Of a stretch of 64,000 nt of DNA, positions 58,389-64,000 are shown one piece after another (within the stretch, counting starts at the first letter, position 1; every line of letters starts with the position of its first letter). Below the pieces are notes generated by a model that made no database searches, was not told where the DNA came from, and saw only the letters and a list, made by a program, of their open reading frames with translations. The DNA is from Alphaproteobacteria bacterium. Its GTDB lineage: Bacteria; Pseudomonadota; Alphaproteobacteria; SP197. The stretch is from positions 3,232,001 through 3,296,000 of the forward strand of contig OZ245842.1 in assembly GCA_965228895.1 (NCBI GenBank). Direction: 5' to 3'. A program made the translations under genes and the position numbers.

Positions 58389-61300
58389 TTAACCCAACGT
58401 GTCCAGCAGCGCTTTCGCCTCGATCAGATCCGGCGTCTCGAAACCTTCGGTAAACCAGCCGTAGATTGGGGCCAGTAGATCGCGGGCCTCATCTTTCTTT
58501 CCCTGGTCCCGCAGCAGACCGGCAAGACCGGTGGCGGCGCGCAACTCTATCGCTTTGGACTCTCGCGAACGCGCTATTTCAATTGCACGTTCGAACGAAG
58601 ATCGTGCCGCATCCGCGTCGGGCTCGTGGCCGGCCAGCATAAGCCAGCCAGCCAACCGGTGCAGCTCGGCCTCGATGGGAAGATCGTTGTCTTTCTCAAA
58701 GTAAGCAAAGGCTGCGGCCATGGCGGTTTTGGACTCTTCCGGTTGGCCAGCGAGCATGTGGGCCTCGGCCTTGAGAGCATGCAGATGCGCGAACCATCGT
58801 TGACTTTTGATGGTCGAAAGTTCCGCGATACCAACATCTATTTCGGACAGCCCATCATCGAAGTCGCCCTGGTGCGCCAAACCCCAACCCAGGAAAACCC
58901 GAGCATAATTGTACCACAGCGGTGTCGCGAGTTCGGTGCAAACGGGAAGTGCACGACGCGCTGCCGCCACGGTCTCGGGGATCCTGCGCATCAAAACGTT
59001 GGTGATGACGCCACCCCAACCCATCGCATAACCGGTTGTGTTACCGTGATCGCGTTCCAGCGCCCAAGCCACTGTCGCGTCCATAGCGTCGATTGCCTGA
59101 TCGGCGTAGCCGAGATAGTAGAGCGACCAGCTCCGGTACATGTTCGCGGCGACCAGCGCATCGTGGCCGTAGCGCAGGGCAAGATCCCTATGGGTCACAG
59201 GATCGTAGTTCTCGACTATCTCGTCAGCACATGCGAGGACGTCTCGAAAGCGCGCGCTGTTGAGCCGCTCCAACGCCTCGACACGCAACGCCACAAGCCT
59301 GGCGTTTTGGTCATTGGCGGCTTCGGTCAGCGCCAGCAGTCGCTCGGCATGCGCGGGCGCTGCGATCGAACGAATGAAAAGCCCGGACCATTGCCCATAG
59401 ATAGCGGCGTACTGCAGCGTCTTGTCATTGAGTTCGTCGCCAAGCGTTTCGGCCAGTTCCGTCGCGGCAACGAATGTCGCCACCGTATCTCCTGCACCAT
59501 AACCATGAGCCGCGATGAGCGCCTGACCGAGGTTGATCAAAAGACGCAGCTCGCGCTCCCTGTTTCCATCATCCGCGGGCATTTGGCGCAGCAGGCGCAG
59601 TGCGTTTTCGAAATGACTAATGGCTTCGCGGTAGGCTGGGCGTGCGACGGCGGCATCGCCGGCGCGCGTCCAATTGTCGATCGCTTTCTCGGTGTCGCCA
59701 GCCTCTTCAGCGTGGTGCGCCAGTATCTCGGGCTGCGCGTCTTCTCGTGCCTCGAGCGCGCTGAGCAGATCCGCGTGGATCGCTTGGCGCCGGCTCTTCA
59801 AGAGACTTTCATAGGCCGCATCGCGCACCAGCGCGTGTTTGAACAGATAGTCCGCCTCAGGCGGCGTACCGCGCCGGAAGACCAGCTCCGCTTCGACTAG
59901 ACCATCCAGCGCCGCCGTCAACGCCTCATCTGACTGCTCGGCAACGGCTGCCAGTGTGCGGTAATCGAAGGCGCGCCCAATGACCGACGCCATCTGCGCG
60001 ACTTCTTTGACGGGCCGCAGGCGATCCAAGCGCGCCATCAGACTGTCATGCAACGTTGCCGGTATCGTGAGCGCGCTCAAGGGGCCAGCCAGTACATAGG
60101 CGCCGTCTTCCTCGCGCAAGGCATCGGACTCCAGGACCGCCTTGGCGATTTCTTCCACGAATAGCGGCACTCCGTCGGTCTTGGACGAAATCTCATCCAA
60201 CACCGCATCAGGCAGCGGCTTGCCGCCGCTGACCCGTGTCGCGATGTCAGCCACCTGGGATCGGCCCAGCCGGTTCAGCATCAGCCGCGTCACAACCGGG
60301 TGGCCGCCAAAACCGTGTTCGAACGTCGGGCGCGCGGTGATCAGGACCAGAACTTGTGATCGCGCGACCGTATCAAGCGCCAGTTCGACCAATTCCAGGG
60401 TCGTCGGGTCGATCCAGTGCGCGTCCTCGATCACGAACAGTACCGGGCGCGCTTTAGCCAGCCCGACCAACTGATCGATCAGGGCCTGCAGCATGCGCGC
60501 GCGCAACTGCTGGGGGCTGAGCCCCAACGCGCCGTAACGTTTCTCGCCATCGAGCCCCAGAAGCGGGGCAAGCAGGGGAACCTGTGCGCCCACATCCGCT
60601 GTGCCCTGTGCCAACAGTGCTTCCAGCTTATCGAGCCGCAACGTCTCGTCGTCACCCGTCTCGAACCCCGCCGCCAGACTCAACTGCTGGATCGTCGGAT
60701 AGAGTGCGCTGTCCGTATGATAGGGCGAGCATTGGTACCGCACTGACGTGTGGTCGTGGTCACGCAGGTCGTCGAACAAAGCTTCGGTGATGCGCGACTT
60801 ACCGATGCCCGCCTCACCGGTCAGCAGAACCATCTGGCCTTCACCGGCGTTGGCCTGGCCCCATCGTTCCATGAGCAACGCCAGTTCCTGGTCGCGCCCG
60901 ACAATCGCGCCCTTGGTCGCCGAGCCGCGCGCCGCGAACCGGCTCTCCAAGGTTCGTTCGCCCAAGACCGCGTAGGCCAGTACGGGCTCGTCCAACCCTT
61001 TCACCGCATGGCGGCCCAGCTCGTCCAGTTCGAACAACCCGCCCAGTAACTCGCTGGTCGCCTCCGCCACAACGATCCGGCCGGGCTCGGCAAGCCCTTG
61101 CAGGCGCGCGGCCAGGTTCGGCGTGTCGCCCACGACCGTTTCCTCGCGTGCCGATCCCTCGCCGATCAAGTCGCCGACTACCACAAGCCCGGTTGCGATG
61201 CCGATCCGCGCCGCCAGCGGCGTGCCGTCCGGCGCACGCAGACCCGCGATTGCGTTCATCACCGCCAGCCCGGCGCGAACCGCCCGTTCGGCCTCGTTCT

Positions 61301-61739
61301 CATGGGCCTGGGGCCAGCCGAAATAGACCAGTGCGCCATCGCCCATGAATTTTGCGACATGTCCATCCAGACGCGTGATCTCGCCGGCGACCGCGTTCTG
61401 AAATCCACGAATCACGTCGCGCATCTCTTCGGGATCAAGCCCCGCCGATAGCGACGTCGAACCGACCAGATCGACGAACATTACGGTCAACTGCCGACGC
61501 TCGGCTCCGGTCGGTTCCGGCGCCTCACCCGCCTTCGGCTGATTGTCCGGCTGTGCGGGCGCATCGCCCAAGGCATTCAGACCGGCGAGGAACTTGCGCC
61601 GCGGCCCCATGGGCAGACCGAGTTCCTTCAGGTCGTCATCGCTAAGGTGCCGCGCCGCGTCCAGATCGATCTCGTTCTCGGCAAACGCCGCAGCGTACTT
61701 GTCGAGCCCCAAGCTCGACAACAACTCACCGATATCCAT
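58389..61739 (-). CDS. SAM + class III cyclase + AAA (STAND-like) ATPase + TPR protein
   Basis: SAM LGLDKYAAAFAENEID; cyclase FVDLVGST, KFMGDG, NLAARL; Walker A GEAGIGKS; EDAHW; FKHALVRDAAY; FTEGFETPDL. Confidence 0.92.
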   Translation of the reverse strand: MDIGELLSSLGLDKYAAAFAENEIDLDAARHLSDDDLKELGLPMGPRRKFLAGLNALGDAPAQPDNQPKAGEAPEPTGAERRQLTVMFVDLVGSTSLSAGLDPEEMRDVIRGFQNAVAGEITRLDGHVAKFMGDGALVYFGWPQAHENEAERAVRAGLAVMNAIAGLRAPDGTPLAARIGIATGLVVVGDLIGEGSAREETVVGDTPNLAARLQGLAEPGRIVVAEATSELLGGLFELDELGRHAVKGLDEPVLAYAVLGERTLESRFAARGSATKGAIVGRDQELALLMERWGQANAGEGQMVLLTGEAGIGKSRITEALFDDLRDHDHTSVRYQCSPYHTDSALYPTIQQLSLAAGFETGDDETLRLDKLEALLAQGTADVGAQVPLLAPLLGLDGEKRYGALGLSPQQLRARMLQALIDQLVGLAKARPVLFVIEDAHWIDPTTLELVELALDTVARSQVLVLITARPTFEHGFGGHPVVTRLMLNRLGRSQVADIATRVSGGKPLPDAVLDEISSKTDGVPLFVEEIAKAVLESDALREEDGAYVLAGPLSALTIPATLHDSLMARLDRLRPVKEVAQMASVIGRAFDYRTLAAVAEQSDEALTAALDGLVEAELVFRRGTPPEADYLFKHALVRDAAYESLLKSRRQAIHADLLSALEAREDAQPEILAHHAEEAGDTEKAIDNWTRAGDAAVARPAYREAISHFENALRLLRQMPADDGNRERELRLLINLGQALIAAHGYGAGDTVATFVAATELAETLGDELNDKTLQYAAIYGQWSGLFIRSIAAPAHAERLLALTEAANDQNARLVALRVEALERLNSARFRDVLACADEIVENYDPVTHRDLALRYGHDALVAANMYRSWSLYYLGYADQAIDAMDATVAWALERDHGNTTGYAMGWGGVITNVLMRRIPETVAAARRALPVCTELATPLWYNYARVFLGWGLAHQGDFDDGLSEIDVGIAELSTIKSQRWFAHLHALKAEAHMLAGQPEESKTAMAAAFAYFEKDNDLPIEAELHRLAGWLMLAGHEPDADAARSSFERAIEIARSRESKAIELRAATGLAGLLRDQGKKDEARDLLAPIYGWFTEGFETPDLIEAKALLDTLG

Positions 61740-62230
61740 AACGCCGCCTCCCGACAAGACGTCAGCCTAGCATCACACGGACGCCTGCCGGTAACCAGCG
61801 ACCGGACCCAACGGGCACCGCCGTCGAGGATCGGGCCGGCCACCTGCAGTCAACGCCGTGGCCCTTCGCCAACGTTGCTCGACATCCAAATCAGCCAAGG
61901 GTCTGGGAAAAACGCTATCATAACGTGTGGTCATGGACGATCCGGAGATGTCAGCTTTCTCGATACCTAACACTATTTTAACGTACATCAAGATCACGAG
62001 AAATTCCTCAATGTCGGCGCAATCTCCACTAAGATAATCTATTTGCAGTTGCTGCGTTCAACTCGGTGGAATGGGTAAGAGTGACTTGGCCGGCGTGTGC
62101 TGTGCATCAATCGATCCGCCTAACCACGGGGCGGCACGCGACTTGGCTGACTGACGCCTCAACAGCCAAGTGGCCGACAGAAAACTGGGAAGTTGGGAAA
62201 CACCCGCAACGTGTGTTGAGGATGGAATCT

Positions 62231-62605
62231 ATGAAACTCGCACTCAGGAAATTTGTGGCGCCGGCTGCCGTCGCAGCGGCATTCGTGGTGGTTGCGGCCC
62301 AGACCAGCCCGGTCTTGGCCCAGGGCGACGCACAGCGTATGAACCGGTCTGACGCGCGGTTCTTTGTAACGGGTTCGGACCCCGAATCGTTGCTGGTGCA
62401 TAGCACGGCCCCGACACACAACACCGTATGCTCAAGCGCGCATGGTTCCGGCGACGTGACCGTGAAATACGACGACAACACGACAACGCTTTCGCTCGGC
62501 CATTGCGCTTTGCTGGCGGCCGGCCACGTCAGCGTTCATGGCGCACACGAAGCGACCAATGCGCACGTCTCGGTTCACAACTATCATCATTCCCACGCTC
62601 CCTGA
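62231..62605 (+). CDS. Small exported His-rich protein
   Basis: GAGG RBS; signal peptide ending VLA; two Cys; HVSVH twice; terminator downstream. Confidence 0.75.
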   Translation: MKLALRKFVAPAAVAAAFVVVAAQTSPVLAQGDAQRMNRSDARFFVTGSDPESLLVHSTAPTHNTVCSSAHGSGDVTVKYDDNTTTLSLGHCALLAAGHVSVHGAHEATNAHVSVHNYHHSHAP

Positions 62606-62647
62606 TCGTCGTCGACGGCTTCACGACGTCTAGAGCCAAGAATCACC

Positions 62648-62690
62648 AGCCGCCCCGCAGGACTCCACCCCGGCAGGGCGGCTTTCTTTC
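62648..62690 (+). terminator. Intrinsic terminator
   Basis: AGCCGCCC...GGGCGGCT stem followed by TTCTTTC. Confidence 0.65.
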
Positions 62691-62744
62691 GTTCCGGGTC
62701 ACCGCGCGTGCTAGCGTTGCATCGGATCAGCGGAGGGCTTAGCC

Positions 62745-63815
62745 ATGTCAGACCGAGAGCAACGCGTCCATTCTTTGCGCATTATCGACGAGTACACCTG
62801 GATGCTGCTGCGCCAGCTCGGCATCGCCGTTGGCAAGCGGCTCGGCGATCCCGGCATCGCGGCACTTGCCGACGGCTTGCGCCGCTATGGCAAGTATCGC
62901 GGTGAAACCCTGCGCCAGCACCCCAAGACATGCGCGGAAGGGCGCGATGCCCTGTCGCTGCTGCGCAATTGGGACGTGGCGGACTTGGCGCTCGCCAGCG
63001 CCGGCGAGCTCCTTGATGTCGCCGGCGATCCGTCGCGTGCGACCGTGAACATGACGCGCGTCCCAGGCAGCGACTACTTCGCGCAACATAACAATGCCGC
63101 CATTCTGGCTACTTACTGGTCGCAGACCTTGGCAGGGTTGGTCGAAGGCTACGACAGTGCGCTTGCGGTTCAGTGTCCACCCCTGCCCGACGACCCGCAG
63201 GCGCCATGGTCGATCACCTTCACCTATACAGGAGACTCTGCATCGCGATTGTCTGCGTTGCCCGATGACGCGTTTGCTGACCCGGCCGCCGCCATCACGC
63301 TATCGCGCCGGACGACAGGCGTCTTTGGCGCGCTGCCCATGTATGTCGCGCGCGCCCTTGGCGAGCGGTTTGATGCCACGGCCGAAGAAGCCGTGCGCGA
63401 AGCGCTCTATAACTTTGGCGTTGAACGTGCTGCCGGCATGCGCGAACAAGTTTTGGCGGAAGGCAAACCGTTAAACTTGCAGACCTGGTTCGAGACGATT
63501 CAAAAGCGCGATCCCGAAGCCGCATCCTTCGTCTTCAGCGACGATCACCATGTGTCGCCCGGCGTCTTCCAGGTCACCTGTACCTACTGTCCGTGTGCGG
63601 AGGTCTGGGCGCAGGAAGGTCATGACGGTCTGGCGCTTGGCTAAATCTACGACATGGAAGTACACCGTGGCCTGGTCGAAGGATTTCGCCCCGGCGGCGT
63701 CGTTGCCTGGGACAAGGTCAAGACCCGTGGCGACAAGGTCTGTGACTTCCGTTTCTTCATTCCAGAACTGGTCAGCGACGACGATCCCGAATGGGCGCGC
63801 AAGGCTTCCAGCTAA
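62745..63815 (+). pseudogene. Tandem-domain ATC-hydrolase-like (L-2-amino-thiazoline-4-carboxylate hydrolase) protein with an in-frame TAA at 63642-63644
   Basis: GGAGG RBS; repeated G..RG/RA helix, CTYCPCAEVW; after TAA the frame continues IYDMEVHRGLVEGF...KTRGDKVCDFRF to the stop at 63815. Confidence 0.7.
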
Positions 63816-64000
63816 ACCGGCAATCACTGGAAAACCAGCACTCTCGGGCGAAACCAAACGACCCAGAGTTGCTATTCTGAAGGCCGCCACGACCTGCGCG
63901 TCACGCTGTTCCCTAACAATTGTTAATCTATGATTACTGTCACACCAATTAAGTCAGTCGTCCATTGATGCTGAGTCCGGCTGACCTTAATCTCTCTAAA

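Noticed and set aside
56982-61739. Patatin plus class III cyclase as a CBASS/Pycsar-like defence operon
   Set aside because: The genes are convergent and separated by a gene relic and a terminator. The SAM-cyclase-AAA-TPR architecture is a common signalling protein, and no CD-NTase is present.

Overview
This is a high-GC, gene-dense bacterial chromosomal segment. Gene content suggests an alphaproteobacterium (inference). Most of it is accessory metabolism, transport and detoxification: a polyamine ABC transporter end, a RES-Xre toxin-antitoxin pair, three class III nucleotide cyclases, scattered betaine/choline-type enzymes, an arsR-arsP pair, GFA/GST/RidA genes and a WYL regulator. I found no rRNA, tRNA, CRISPR array, integrase or transposase. 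The most unusual element is at 50459-51870: a two-gene unit with a T4 gp19/Afp1-type contractile-injection tail-tube gene and a gene that fuses a catalytically degenerate Afp15/Pvc15-type AAA+ domain to a second tail-tube domain. No sheath, spike, baseplate or cap gene is present in the window. Next to it is a more A/T-rich island (about 52.5-58.0 kb) encoding a secreted trypsin-like protease with a discoidin-like domain, three uncharacterised exported or membrane proteins and a patatin phospholipase. The island's right edge abuts a truncated copy of a His-rich secreted protein gene whose intact paralog lies about 4 kb downstream. Also seen: a terminase-small-subunit relic, two genes broken by a single in-frame TAA, and several clear operator palindromes. 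All family assignments come from motif recognition by eye, not database searches.
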